Source: an uncultured Nitrospiraceae bacterium
GTDB lineage: Bacteria > Nitrospirota > Nitrospiria > Nitrospirales > Nitrospiraceae
Reading direction: 5' to 3'
Length of the DNA stretch: 64,000 bases
Assembly (NCBI GenBank): GCA_963846575.1
Contig: CAWJWJ010000002.1
Coordinates: forward strand, 1,376,001-1,440,000
Below the pieces are notes generated by a model. That model worked only from the letters and a program-made list of their open reading frames with translations. It made no database searches and had not been told where the DNA came from. Made by a program: the position numbers and the translations under genes. Shown here in pieces: positions 49,210-59,833 of the stretch (its first letter is position 1; every line of letters starts with the position of its first letter).

Positions 49210-49366
49210 AATCTACGAAGGAGCGGAACATAGGATGGAGCCATGGACGGCTGGATGAGCAGGGAGAACCAGGCGATTGTTCGAGCGGGTTGGGCAGAGT
49301 GGTAATCAAGCAGGGTGTTAATCATCAGCGGCATACGATCACGGGAATCGGATCGAGAAAGGAATC

Positions 49367-49930
49367 ATGGTCACGATAGGGAAAATCATACCGGAGGGCA
49401 CGTATCAGGCCTACCACGAGGAGAAGATTCGTCCGGTTGTGTTGAGTGAGTTTCGGGGGCGATGGGTCATCCTTCTGTTTTATCCGGGCGATTTCACATT
49501 CGTCTGTCCCACCGAGCTGGCCGAGATGGCCCGGTTGTATCCTGAGTTCACGAAGCTGAGCGCCGAGGTCTGCGGGGTCAGTACCGATTCTGCTTATGTC
49601 CATAAAGCTTGGCATGATCATTCCCCGACGATGCGTAAGGTGACCTTTCCTTTCCTCGCGGATCCCACCGGGTCGCTTTCGCGGGCATTCGGCGTGTATC
49701 TCGAAGATGAGGGTGTGGCCCTGCGGGGAACCTTCCTGATCGATCCCGACGGAGTCCTGCGTGCCTATGAAGTGCACGATAACAGCATCGGACGGCATGC
49801 CGGCGAAATGCTGAGAAAGTTGCAGGCGGCCATACGGGTGCGGGAAGGGGAGGGTGAGGTCTGTCCGGCCAGTTGGCAACCGGGACAAGCCACGCTCACG
49901 CCGAGCCTCGATCTCGTCGGAAAAATCTAG
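49367..49930 (+). CDS. ahpC: 2-Cys peroxiredoxin
   Basis: DFTFVCPTE and EVCPASW; ends SLDLVGKI. Confidence 0.93.
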   Translation: MVTIGKIIPEGTYQAYHEEKIRPVVLSEFRGRWVILLFYPGDFTFVCPTELAEMARLYPEFTKLSAEVCGVSTDSAYVHKAWHDHSPTMRKVTFPFLADPTGSLSRAFGVYLEDEGVALRGTFLIDPDGVLRAYEVHDNSIGRHAGEMLRKLQAAIRVREGEGEVCPASWQPGQATLTPSLDLVGKI

Positions 49931-51290
49931 GCCTGCCCGGCCAGCCGGTTCCACACACGGCCTTGCGCGGCGGTGATGACGTCCAGCGCGGCCCGCAGTC
50001 CGCTTTCCACGGCGCCGTTCATATAGCCCTGCCAGCGGACGCTGGTGTGTTCCCCGCGAAAAAACAGCGTCCATGAGGTCGTGCGAGCCATTGGCGTAGC
50101 GCGGGATCGTAGGAGGTGGTGAAGGCCGCGTAGCCACCTCCTGCCCAGGGGTCCTCTTCCCAGGTGATCTGCCGGAATGTCATGAGCTCGCGGGGAGCGG
50201 ATCCGAGCCAAGTGAGGGCGGCCACCGTTTGTTCGATCCCGCCTTCAGCAAACGAGTCCCGGGCGGCCCGGCTGGCCGATCCGCCGGCCATCAGCGTCAG
50301 AATGCCCATCCGTCCGGGCTGTTCTTCGTTGGCCTCCCAGATCGTCCCGATGGGAAGGTCGCTGGCGTAGGCTCTCGTGCGGCGCTTTCCGCGCCAGAAC
50401 CGTCGGGTGAATTGAAGCAGCGTTTTGGTCGCCGGCCCGTAAGGCAGGGTCGTGATCGCCTGACGCAGCGGGTTCGGAAGGGGAGGGTCGAAGCAGAGGG
50501 AACGAGCGGTCGTGGCTGGCACCGCCAGCACGGCATAATCCGCCCGTATCGTGCTGTGCCCGCCGCTCCTGTCGCGGACCGTAAGAAACAGGTGCTTGCC
50601 GGACTGCGCGATCTTCACGGCCTCGGTACTCAGATGAATGGACTTGCCCGGGAGCGCTGCCAATCCTTCCACCAACCGGTCGGCGCCTCCCTCCACCCGG
50701 TACAGCCGTCCCTGCCCGGGGATGCCGGCGATGAGTTGTTCCACGAGAACGAGCAGGGAAAGCTCGGAGGGATCGAGCAGAAAAAATCCCCGGAGTCCGC
50801 GCAGCATCGCGCCGAGTTCCTTTCCGGCGCCGACATGCTCGAGCCATTCGGCCGCCGAGATGCGGGCCAGTTGATGCGCGACGGAACTGTCCCAGCGCTC
50901 GTCGGCGAGCCGGTAGGCCCGGATGAATGGCGAGAGCTGTCGACGAAGATCGGCCCAGAGTTCAGATCCTGGCCTGAACCGCGGTACGGCGGTCTTCTGT
51001 CGGGCGGCGAACAGAAATCCCTGCGTCAGGACGGGGGTTATGTTCAGGTTGAGTTGGCCCGCCAGTTGTCGAATCTCCACTTGGTCTTCATCGATGAATT
51101 CGCCGCCGGCTTCGGCATGTTGACCACCGAGGAAGCCGTCCCGGATGGTCCGGACCCGGCCTCCGATGCGATCCCGGGCTTCAATCACCGTCACGGTGGC
51201 CCCGTCGCGCGATAGTTCGACGGCCGCCGTGAGGCCGGCCAGTCCCGCACCGACCACGACGACCGTTCGACCCCGGAGATAGGAAGTCAT
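49927..51290 (-). pseudogene. flavin monoamine oxidase family, frameshifted near 50055
   Basis: GAGLAG/EARDRIGGR FAD motif; conserved tail GEHTS..QGYMNGAVESG lies in a different frame. Confidence 0.8.
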
Positions 51291-51677
51291 ACCATCACCG
51301 CTCCGCCGTACCCGTGTGAGACCATTCTGTCACAGGGAATCGGTCCGGCACCGGGTCGATGATCCTCATCACACAGCCCTTGAAGGCGCGCACCGGGGAG
51401 CACTCGATGCTCGCCGTCATGTTGAGCGTGGGCCCGCCAAGGTGGTGGTAGACAGACCGGAAGCGAGTCATGGTGCTCAGGCCATCGTCGATCTGCCACG
51501 TGCCCTCTCCGCACAGAGCGGGTGACATCGCCCTCCTTCGACGTCACGTGCCGATCGTCCGTCGATGTGGTCGTCCGCAAGGGAATTGTCAGCATGTATC
51601 GTTTCGTCCGGCTTGCACGGGACAACCGGTTCATGGTCATCTTGGATCACCGACAGCCAGAGGAGCAAGGTATCTTC

Positions 51678-53555
51678 ATGACAGAGTCTCAATCGCATGT
51701 GCTCGACATCGGTGCGACGCTCATTCATGGCAAGGGGGTCCGTTTCAGGGTCTGGGCTCCCCACGCGAAGGATGTGGCGGTCAAGGTTACCGCGCCCGAG
51801 GAGCGCCTGGTCCCGTTGACACCAAGCCGGACGGGGTATTTTGAAGGTTTCGTGAAGGGGCTGCAGGCGGACAGTCGATACCTCTATGTCCTCGATGGCG
51901 CGAAGAGCCGACCCGACCCTGCCTCGCGGTGTCAGCCCGATGGCGTTCACGGACCCTCCGCGGTAGTCGATCCGAAGGCCTTCGACTGGACGGACCGTGC
52001 TTGGCGGGGAATGCCGCTCCGGGACTTTGTCCTGTACGAGTTGCATGTCGGGACGTTCACGGAAGCCGGGACCTTCGATGCGGTCATTCCCCACCTCCGG
52101 TATTTGAAACAGGATGTCGGGGTGACGGCGGTCGAGTTGATGCCGGTCGCGCAATTTCCCGGCGCGCGCAACTGGGGGTATGACGGCGTGTACCCCTTCG
52201 CGCCTCAGAACAGTTACGGGGGTCCCGCAGGCCTCAAACGGTTGATCAATGCCTGTCATGAACAGGGGCTAGCCGTCGTGATGGATGTGGTCTACAACCA
52301 CCTCGGTCCGGAAGGTAACTACCTCCATGATTACGGGCCATACTTTACCGATCGCTATCGCACGCCCTGGGGGCAGGCGATCAACTATGACGGTCCGGAC
52401 AGCGACGCGGTACGGGAGTTTTTTATCAGCAACGCGCTCTTCTGGGTCATGGAATACCATGTCGATGCGCTCCGGCTGGACGCCATCCATGGAATGTTTG
52501 ACTTCGGTGCCACACACGTGTTGCAGGAATTGTCCCGGGCCGTCCATGCGGAGGCCACACGCTTGCACCGCGCGGTGCAGGTGATCGCTGAAAGCGATTT
52601 GAACGATACCCGGGTCATCGCGCCCGCGTCCATCGGAGGTCATGGTTGTGACGCGCAATGGAGCGACGATTTCCACCACGCGCTTCGCGTGGTCCTCACG
52701 AAGGAAAACCAGGGCTACTATCAGGACTTCACCGGCATGGCCGATCTCGCCCAGGCGATCCGGCAGGGATTTGTGTATGCCGGGCGGTACTCGGCCTGCC
52801 GCCGCCGCCGTCACGGCCATTCCCCCAAGGCGGTCCCGCCGTCGCAATTCGTCGTGTTCTCTCAGAACCACGACCAGGTGGGCAATCGCGCAGACGGGGA
52901 GCGGTTGACCACGCAGCTCCCTACGCAGGCCTTGAAGGCTGCCGCCGCCCTGGTCTTGCTCTCTCCCAATATCCCGTTGCTGTTCATGGGGGAGGAATAC
53001 GGGGAGGAGGCGCCGTTTCTCTACTTCATCGACCACGGCGATCCCGAACTGGTTGAAGCCGTCAGAAAGGGGCGACGGAGAGAGTTCGGCCATTTCGGGT
53101 GGCGGGAGGAAGACGTTCCGGATCCCTATGCCGTCTCCACATACGAACGGAGCCGGGTGCATCCGGGTGTCGCACGGGACGACCGCTCGGCAGACTTGTT
53201 ACGGTGGTATCGCGCACTCACCCATCTCCGGCAACAGTACCCCGTGCTGGGCGCCGGTACCGACGGCCAGCACCATGATGTCCTCTGGTCCGAGGAGGAC
53301 GGGCCGGTGCTGATGGTACACCGCCGGACGGATGAAGGTTCAGCGGCCTTGCTGGTGGTGGGACTGAATGAGAGCCCTCTCTCCTTCACCCTTCGTCGGC
53401 CTATCGGTGCCTGGACCTTGAAGCTGAGCGCGGGGCAGCCGGATGGCACGGGTGAAGACGGCCTGTTCCCGGCGGCGCTGGATGTCCAGGAAGCAGGCCG
53501 GACCATTCTTCTTCCGCCGTTTGCCGTGGCGGTTTATCTTTCCTCGGGGTGCTGA
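51678..53555 (+). CDS. treZ: malto-oligosyltrehalose trehalohydrolase
   Basis: FRVWAP, NWGYDG, DVVYNHLGPEGNY, LRLDAIH, QNHDQVGNR. Confidence 0.95.
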   Translation: MTESQSHVLDIGATLIHGKGVRFRVWAPHAKDVAVKVTAPEERLVPLTPSRTGYFEGFVKGLQADSRYLYVLDGAKSRPDPASRCQPDGVHGPSAVVDPKAFDWTDRAWRGMPLRDFVLYELHVGTFTEAGTFDAVIPHLRYLKQDVGVTAVELMPVAQFPGARNWGYDGVYPFAPQNSYGGPAGLKRLINACHEQGLAVVMDVVYNHLGPEGNYLHDYGPYFTDRYRTPWGQAINYDGPDSDAVREFFISNALFWVMEYHVDALRLDAIHGMFDFGATHVLQELSRAVHAEATRLHRAVQVIAESDLNDTRVIAPASIGGHGCDAQWSDDFHHALRVVLTKENQGYYQDFTGMADLAQAIRQGFVYAGRYSACRRRRHGHSPKAVPPSQFVVFSQNHDQVGNRADGERLTTQLPTQALKAAAALVLLSPNIPLLFMGEEYGEEAPFLYFIDHGDPELVEAVRKGRRREFGHFGWREEDVPDPYAVSTYERSRVHPGVARDDRSADLLRWYRALTHLRQQYPVLGAGTDGQHHDVLWSEEDGPVLMVHRRTDEGSAALLVVGLNESPLSFTLRRPIGAWTLKLSAGQPDGTGEDGLFPAALDVQEAGRTILLPPFAVAVYLSSGC

Positions 53556-53878
53556 TTGGCTTGCTGAATCGTGCACGCGTAACACATTGGATCTTTCCTA
53601 GGGATTTTGCCAGTAGTGCCTCTCTGCCGATTTTTGTAAGTTCCTACATACTTGAACCAGCGAATCTACGCAGTGCGGGGTGGGAGTTCTTATGGCATTG
53701 CAGACGGTTAGGCCGCAAAGACGATCCGAGACTTCAGGCGAAGAATATGTCAGGATGCACCGGGGCCGTCGCCGCCGGACCATCCCGGAACAGCGGCCAT
53801 CAGTTCAAGGCCCTGGCCGGTGCATCGGTCCCAACAGATCACCGGTCCCACTCATAGCATTTCAAGGGAGAGTCCAGG

Positions 53879-54232
53879 ATGCCGAAGCGAAAAGCGAAGG
53901 AAGATGTGCCATCGACAGCCGCAGCCAGCGCCAAGCCGACGAAACCTAAGACCGCCCCGAAGCAGGCGGCTACTCATCCCATCGATCTCGTTGTCGTGGC
54001 AGCCGATGCCACAGCCGTGGCGGTCGTCGGAGAATTCAACGACTGGAATGTGGAGAAGCATCCGCTGCGCCAGCGCGAAGACGGCAGTTGGCACATCACG
54101 TTGAACCTGGCGCCCGGAAAGTATCAATACAAATTCGTGATCGATGGCACCCGGTGGGAAGACGATGCGGACAATCCCAATCGGATGCTCAACGAGTTCG
54201 GTACGTCCAACTCGGTCATGGAGGTCGTCTGA
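53879..54232 (+). CDS. CBM48/AMPK-beta-like glycogen-binding protein
   Basis: VVGEFNDW, LAPGKYQYKFVIDGTRW, NEFGTSNSV; Lys/Ala/Pro-rich N-terminus. Confidence 0.88.
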   Translation: MPKRKAKEDVPSTAAASAKPTKPKTAPKQAATHPIDLVVVAADATAVAVVGEFNDWNVEKHPLRQREDGSWHITLNLAPGKYQYKFVIDGTRWEDDADNPNRMLNEFGTSNSVMEVV

Positions 54233-54304
54233 GCCGCGCGACGAAAAGTCCTGCCGGTCATGGCAAGGCGGCCGGTAGATGGTTCACGTGCAATGAGGAT
54301 GCAC

Positions 54305-55564
54305 ATGGAACGAGATGAGCGCCTGACACAGCCCCGGGTCCTGGCTCTGATTCTGGCCGGAGGAAAAGGGGAGCGCCTCATGCCGTTGACGCGTTCCCGC
54401 AGTAAGCCGGCCGTCCCGTTCGGCGGCTCGTACCGCATCGTCGATTTCGTGCTCAGCAATTTTTACAACTCCGGCATCATGGCCATGCATGTCATGGTGC
54501 AGTACCGTTCACAGTCCTTGATCGAGCATCTCCGCAAAGCCTGGCGAATCGGCGATGGAGACCGGCAGTTTGTGACGGTCGTCCCTCCCCAGATGAATTC
54601 GGGAGCCGGTTGGTACGAAGGGACGGCAGATGCCGTGTACCAGAACATGAACCTGATCCGCGATTTTTCTCCCGATATCGTGGCCATTTTCGGGGCCGAC
54701 CACATCTATCGGATGGACATCCGGCAGATGCTGCAGTTTCACCTGGCCCGGGAGGCGGACGTGTCGGTGGCGACGCTCCCGGTGCCGGTGGCTTCCGCGC
54801 AGGGATTCGGCATTGTCGAAACCGATCGAACCAACCGGATCGTCGGGTTCGCGGAAAAGCCCGCGGTTCCGAAACCGATGCCGGGCGACCCGACCCGTGC
54901 GCTGTCGTCGATGGGGAACTACCTGTTCAACACGGATGTGCTGATCCAGGCTCTGGACGACGACGCGAAGAACGGGGGATCGCACGATTTCGGGCGGGAT
55001 ATTCTCCCGCGTCTGCTGCAGACGGATCGTGTCATGTCCTATAACTTTCAGGACAATGAGGTTCCGGGGATCGCCTACTACGAAGAACCGGGCTACTGGC
55101 GCGATGTGGGCACCATTCAGGCCTATTGGCAGGCGAATATGGACCTGCTCGGGGATACTCCTCCCTGCGATTTACGCAACCGCGAGTGGCCCATCCGGAC
55201 AGAACCGCCGGTCGGTCCTCCGGCCAGCCTGGTGAATTGTTACGTGGATCACTCGCTGATCGGTGAGGGCAGCCAGGTGATAGAGGCGGACATCCGGCGA
55301 TCCATCATCGGCCGCAACGTCCGTATCGAATCCGGAGCTCAGATCGAGGATTCCGTCATCTTCGACCATACCCATATCGGATCCGGGGCGAGATTGCAGC
55401 GGGTGATCGTCGATCGTCATAATGAAGTTCAAGCCGGCATCGAACTCGGCAGTTCGGAGGAGGTCTCGAACTCTCCGACAGATTGGGTGGATTCCGGAGT
55501 CCTGGTCATCCCGAAGCCCATCGTGCCAATCGAAGAGCGTAAACGGCGACTCTCTTCCTACTGA
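54305..55564 (+). CDS. glgC: glucose-1-phosphate adenylyltransferase
   Basis: LAGGKGERLMPLT, KPAVPFGG, GTADAVYQN, YWRDVGT. Confidence 0.96.
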   Translation: MERDERLTQPRVLALILAGGKGERLMPLTRSRSKPAVPFGGSYRIVDFVLSNFYNSGIMAMHVMVQYRSQSLIEHLRKAWRIGDGDRQFVTVVPPQMNSGAGWYEGTADAVYQNMNLIRDFSPDIVAIFGADHIYRMDIRQMLQFHLAREADVSVATLPVPVASAQGFGIVETDRTNRIVGFAEKPAVPKPMPGDPTRALSSMGNYLFNTDVLIQALDDDAKNGGSHDFGRDILPRLLQTDRVMSYNFQDNEVPGIAYYEEPGYWRDVGTIQAYWQANMDLLGDTPPCDLRNREWPIRTEPPVGPPASLVNCYVDHSLIGEGSQVIEADIRRSIIGRNVRIESGAQIEDSVIFDHTHIGSGARLQRVIVDRHNEVQAGIELGSSEEVSNSPTDWVDSGVLVIPKPIVPIEERKRRLSSY

Positions 55565-55595
55565 CTGACACAGCCGATCCAACTTGTGAGACTGC

Positions 55596-58493
55596 ATGCC
55601 TCGAATTCCTAGTGCTACCTATCGACTCCAGCTCAATCATACGTTCACGTTTCGTGATGCGACCCGGATCATTCCATACCTCCACGCCCTCGGCATCACC
55701 GACTGTTATACGTCGTCTCTGTTAAAGGCCGTGCCGGGCAGTATGCACGGCTACGATCTGGTCGACCCGAAGGTCCTCAATCCCGAGCTGGGAACGGAAC
55801 GGGATTTCGAGGAGTTTACGGCAGCCCTTCGCCGGCATGACATGGGTTTGTTGCTGGACGTCGTGCCGAACCACATGGGGATCAGCACGACGGAAAACCG
55901 CTGGTGGTGGGACGTGCTGGAGCACGGACCAAGCTCGCGGTATGCGACGGCGTTCGACATCGATTGGTCGCCGTTGAAACGCGAACTCGAGGACAAAGTG
56001 TTGCTGCCCATTCTGGGTGAGCAGTATGGCACGGTGTTGGAGAACCAGGATATTTGCCTCGCCTATGAGGGCGGCGGCTTCGTCATTACCTATTTCGAGC
56101 ACAAATTTCCGATTGCCCCGAAGTCCTGGAACAATATTCTCTCCTTCCGCCTTGGTGATTTGATCGGAGCGCTGGGGCAGGAGGATGTACACCTTCAAGA
56201 GCTGCAGAGCATTCTGACCGCCTTGCGCAACCTGCCCTCTCGCAACGACCGTGATCCGGAGCGGGTGTCGGAGCGCTATCGGGAAGAAAATATCATCAGG
56301 CGCCGGCTGTCGGCGCTCATCACGGAGAGCGAACGGATCCGGGAGCATATGCTGGCCAACGTCTCCACGTTTAATGGCACCAAAGGGGATTCGGCCAGTT
56401 TCGATCGGTTGGATGCCCTGCTCAACGAGCAGAGTTACCGCCTCGCATCCTGGCGCGTGGCATCGGAGGAGATTAATTACCGGCGCTTCTTCGATATCAA
56501 TGAACTGGCTGCCATACGGACGGAAGAAACCAGCGTGTTTCGGGAATCTCATGAGCTGATCTTCCGTCTGCTGAAGGCCGGCGTGGCGACCGGCTTGCGC
56601 ATCGATCACGTGGACGGATTGTACGATCCGGAGCATTACCTGATCCAACTGCAGGCGTGGGCGGCTCGCGAACTTCCGCCGGCTGCGCCGGGAGAACCGG
56701 CATCGCTTTACGTCGTCGTGGAAAAGATCCTCGGGAAGGGCGAGCCGCTCCCGCATACCTGGCCGGTCGCGGGGACCACGGGGTATGACTTTTTGAATCT
56801 GGTCAACGGGCTGTTTGTCCATGCGGGGCAGGAGCGGGCCATGGATTCCCTGTATGCGCGGTTCGTGGGCCCGCGTCTGAGCTTCGAGGATCTGGTCTAT
56901 CAGACGAAGAAGCTGATCATGCGCGCGTCCATGTCCAGTGAGATCAATGTGCTCGGGCACCAGTTGAATTTGCTCTCGGAACGGGACAGGCAGTATCGGG
57001 ATTTCACACTGAATAGTTTGACTCAGGCCATCAGCGAGATCATCGCCTGCTTCCCGGTATACCGCTCCTACGTCACGCCGGACCAGAAAGAGGTGTTGGA
57101 CCGGGACCAAACCTACATCAACATGGCGGTGGCCAGGGCAAAACGGCGGAACCCGACGCTGAGCAGCCTGGTGTTCGACTTTGTCCGGGATCTGCTGCTG
57201 CGAAAGCTTGACGAGCGCACCAATATGACCAAGGAAAAACAATTGCGCTTCGTGACCAAATTTCAGCAGACCACCAGTCCGGTGACGGCCAAAGGCATCG
57301 AGGACACCGCCTTTTATATCTACAACCGGTTGGTATCACTGAACGAGGTCGGCGGAGAACCAGCGCAGTATGGGCTGTCGCTGGAGGCCTTTCACAAACA
57401 GATTCGTGAACGCCGCGCGAACTGGCCCCATTGTCTGCTCGCGACATCCACCCATGACACCAAACGCGGGGAGGACGTGCGCGCCAGGATCAATGTGTTG
57501 TCGGAAATTCCTGATCGGTGGAGAACCGCCATCAACCGGTGGGCCAAATTCAATAAACGATTCCGCACTCAAATTCACGATGCCCAGGCACCGGACCGGA
57601 ACGAAGAATATCTCATTTACCAAACGCTCGTCGGTGCTTGGCCCCTCTCCCCGATGGACGATGCTGCATACGAAGGCTTCCGCGACCGGATTCAGAACTA
57701 TATGGTCAAAGCGATCCGTGAGGCGAAGGTGCATACCAGTTGGGTGAATCCCCAAGAAGCTTACGAAGAGGCGGTGCGGGAATTCATTCGCGGGATCCTC
57801 GATCGCACGACGCGCAATCCCTTCCTGGAAGATTTGCTGCCGTTTCAGGAACTGGTGGCGGGGTACGGCATGAGGAACGGGTTAGCCCAGCTCCTGGTGA
57901 AGCTCACGGCGCCCGGCATTCCGGATTGTTACCAGGGGACCGAATTGTGGGAGCTCAATCTCGTCGATCCCGACAACCGCCGGCCCGTGGATTTCGATCT
58001 CCGGGCGCGCATGCTCGAGCAGTTCGACCATCTCAGTGAGGAGGAAGCGAAGAACCGCGTCGACCTTATGCGGACGCTGATGGAATCATGGAAAGATAGC
58101 CGCATCAAGCTCTATGTGCTGCAGGCAGGTCTGCGCCACCGACGTGAACATCCGGAGCTGTATCTGGAAGGAGACTACGTGCCGCTGGACTGCGACGGGC
58201 CCTCCCGCGCGCATGTCTGCGCGTTCGCACGGCTGCACCAGGATCATGCCATCGTGACGGTGGTCTCGCGCCTCACCGCGAATCTGAACGGCGTCGCAGG
58301 CCAGGACGTGCAGGCGGAAGATGCCTGGAAGGAGACGTGGATCACGGTGCCCTCCTGGAAATCCGGATCGGTATATCTGAACCTTCTGACCGGAGAACGC
58401 CTCGAAACGGTGGCTCAGGGAGATCGCCAGATGCTGCCTGTCGCACAGGTGCTGCTGCATTGTCCTGTCGCCTTACTTGAACGCTGCTCCTAA
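55596..58493 (+). CDS. treY: malto-oligosyltrehalose synthase
   Basis: PSATYRLQ, HGYD, DVVPNHMG, NYRRFFDI, LRIDHVDGL, STHDTKRGED. Confidence 0.96.
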   Translation: MPRIPSATYRLQLNHTFTFRDATRIIPYLHALGITDCYTSSLLKAVPGSMHGYDLVDPKVLNPELGTERDFEEFTAALRRHDMGLLLDVVPNHMGISTTENRWWWDVLEHGPSSRYATAFDIDWSPLKRELEDKVLLPILGEQYGTVLENQDICLAYEGGGFVITYFEHKFPIAPKSWNNILSFRLGDLIGALGQEDVHLQELQSILTALRNLPSRNDRDPERVSERYREENIIRRRLSALITESERIREHMLANVSTFNGTKGDSASFDRLDALLNEQSYRLASWRVASEEINYRRFFDINELAAIRTEETSVFRESHELIFRLLKAGVATGLRIDHVDGLYDPEHYLIQLQAWAARELPPAAPGEPASLYVVVEKILGKGEPLPHTWPVAGTTGYDFLNLVNGLFVHAGQERAMDSLYARFVGPRLSFEDLVYQTKKLIMRASMSSEINVLGHQLNLLSERDRQYRDFTLNSLTQAISEIIACFPVYRSYVTPDQKEVLDRDQTYINMAVARAKRRNPTLSSLVFDFVRDLLLRKLDERTNMTKEKQLRFVTKFQQTTSPVTAKGIEDTAFYIYNRLVSLNEVGGEPAQYGLSLEAFHKQIRERRANWPHCLLATSTHDTKRGEDVRARINVLSEIPDRWRTAINRWAKFNKRFRTQIHDAQAPDRNEEYLIYQTLVGAWPLSPMDDAAYEGFRDRIQNYMVKAIREAKVHTSWVNPQEAYEEAVREFIRGILDRTTRNPFLEDLLPFQELVAGYGMRNGLAQLLVKLTAPGIPDCYQGTELWELNLVDPDNRRPVDFDLRARMLEQFDHLSEEEAKNRVDLMRTLMESWKDSRIKLYVLQAGLRHRREHPELYLEGDYVPLDCDGPSRAHVCAFARLHQDHAIVTVVSRLTANLNGVAGQDVQAEDAWKETWITVPSWKSGSVYLNLLTGERLETVAQGDRQMLPVAQVLLHCPVALLERCS

Positions 58494-58719
58494 GCGATCG
58501 GGCTCTCCCTATATCTCAGGCTAAGCGCCTCGAACCCACGATCACTCCCTTGTAATCCTGTCACTCGTTTGACAGTGTCCGGATCGGACACAGCACGTTC
58601 TCGCTCGTGCCCCTCGCGTATGATACCGCCGCCGTACTGTGTATACCTTCCGTTGCGGTGCCTTCTTGATCTCCCGTCCTGATTAGCCCTTGCTGAACTA
58701 ACCGGGATTCACCGTAGTT

Positions 58720-58735
58720 CTAGGGTACTTCCTAG
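58720..58735. promoter_or_regulatory. CTAGG-N6-CCTAG palindrome
   Basis: CTAGGGTACTTCCTAG upstream of the hemerythrin gene. Confidence 0.65.
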
Positions 58736-58842
58736 CTGTCCGGAGACACCCCGGGCGTTATCACTAAGTATGTAAGCTTGAACTTGCCGCGATGGCACAG
58801 TGAGTGTGTGATCAATGTGTGATCAGTGATCAAGGAGGATTC

Positions 58843-59361
58843 ATGAACGAAACGGGAACGATGGAGGGGCAGGCAGCCCAAGTGTTGGATCCTCTCCGCA
58901 AGGACCATCAAAAAGTGAAGGAACTTTTTGAGCAGTTTGAATCAGCGACAAGCAGGGAAGACAAACAGCGCATCGTCGAGACAGCGCTCAAGGCTTTGCA
59001 GGAACATTCCTATGTGGAAGAGAAGGTCTTATATCCCGCGTTCGAACCGGCGCTGGATGAAGAAGAACTGATGAATGAAGCGCTCGAAGAGCACCACGTC
59101 GTGCATTTGCTGATCGCGGAGCTCAAGAAAATGGCGCCCGGTGATGAACGGTTCGAGGCCAAATTTACCGTCCTGGCCGAGAATGTCAAACATCACATCA
59201 CGGAAGAAGAAGGCGAGATGTTCCAGCAGGTGGGAGAATCGGATCTGGATTGGGCCTTCTTAGCGGAGAAGGCCTCTCAGGCGAGGGAGCACTTCGCCAC
59301 AAATTTCGCGCGGTCAGGCAAGCAGAGCGGGAAGGCCAGGAAATCGAAAACGGCCTCCTGA
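58843..59361 (+). CDS. hemerythrin-like (HHE) cation-binding protein
   Basis: DHQKV, HSYVEEKVLYP, EEHH, HHITEEE. Confidence 0.9.
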   Translation: MNETGTMEGQAAQVLDPLRKDHQKVKELFEQFESATSREDKQRIVETALKALQEHSYVEEKVLYPAFEPALDEEELMNEALEEHHVVHLLIAELKKMAPGDERFEAKFTVLAENVKHHITEEEGEMFQQVGESDLDWAFLAEKASQAREHFATNFARSGKQSGKARKSKTAS

Positions 59362-59402
59362 GGCGGTTCACGAGTCAACCCTTTCTCAAAAAGGAGGCGA
59401 GG

Positions 59403-59762
59403 ATGGCGACACATACCGGACGGCAGCTGCTGCCGGCATCCACCATTGAGGGGACTGCGGTCCAGAACGCCGCAGGCGAGGACCTGGGAGAAATCCACGA
59501 GCTCATGATCGATCTCGACCAGGGACGTATTGCCTACGCAGTACTATCCTTCGGCGGATTTCTAGGCTTGGGAGACAAGCTCTTCGCGATTCCCTGGCAG
59601 GCCATGAAGATCGGACCCGAGGGTGACGTCTTCATTCTCAATGTCCCCCGGGAGAAACTGGATAATGCCCCGGGTTTCGATAAGGACAATTGGCCGGATT
59701 GGGCGGACCCCACGTGGGGTGAAACGGTGCATACCTATTACGGGTATAAGCCATACTGGTGA
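59403..59762 (+). CDS. PRC-barrel protein
   Basis: GEDLGEIHELMID..GRIAYAVLSFGGFLGLGDKLFAIPW. Confidence 0.92.
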   Translation: MATHTGRQLLPASTIEGTAVQNAAGEDLGEIHELMIDLDQGRIAYAVLSFGGFLGLGDKLFAIPWQAMKIGPEGDVFILNVPREKLDNAPGFDKDNWPDWADPTWGETVHTYYGYKPYW

Positions 59763-59833
59763 CAGGATGCAGTGGAATGGAAGCAGGAAGCGTTGAGATG
59801 ACTACAATCACGTTTAATGAAGGAGAGACGACT

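Noticed and set aside
51295..51640. Short ORFs between the amine oxidase and treZ
   Set aside because: No recognisable motifs and several competing frames
55722..57242. Long antisense ORFs (also 3547-4593, 14177-15286, 35003-36112)
   Set aside because: Shadow frames of well-supported GC-rich genes
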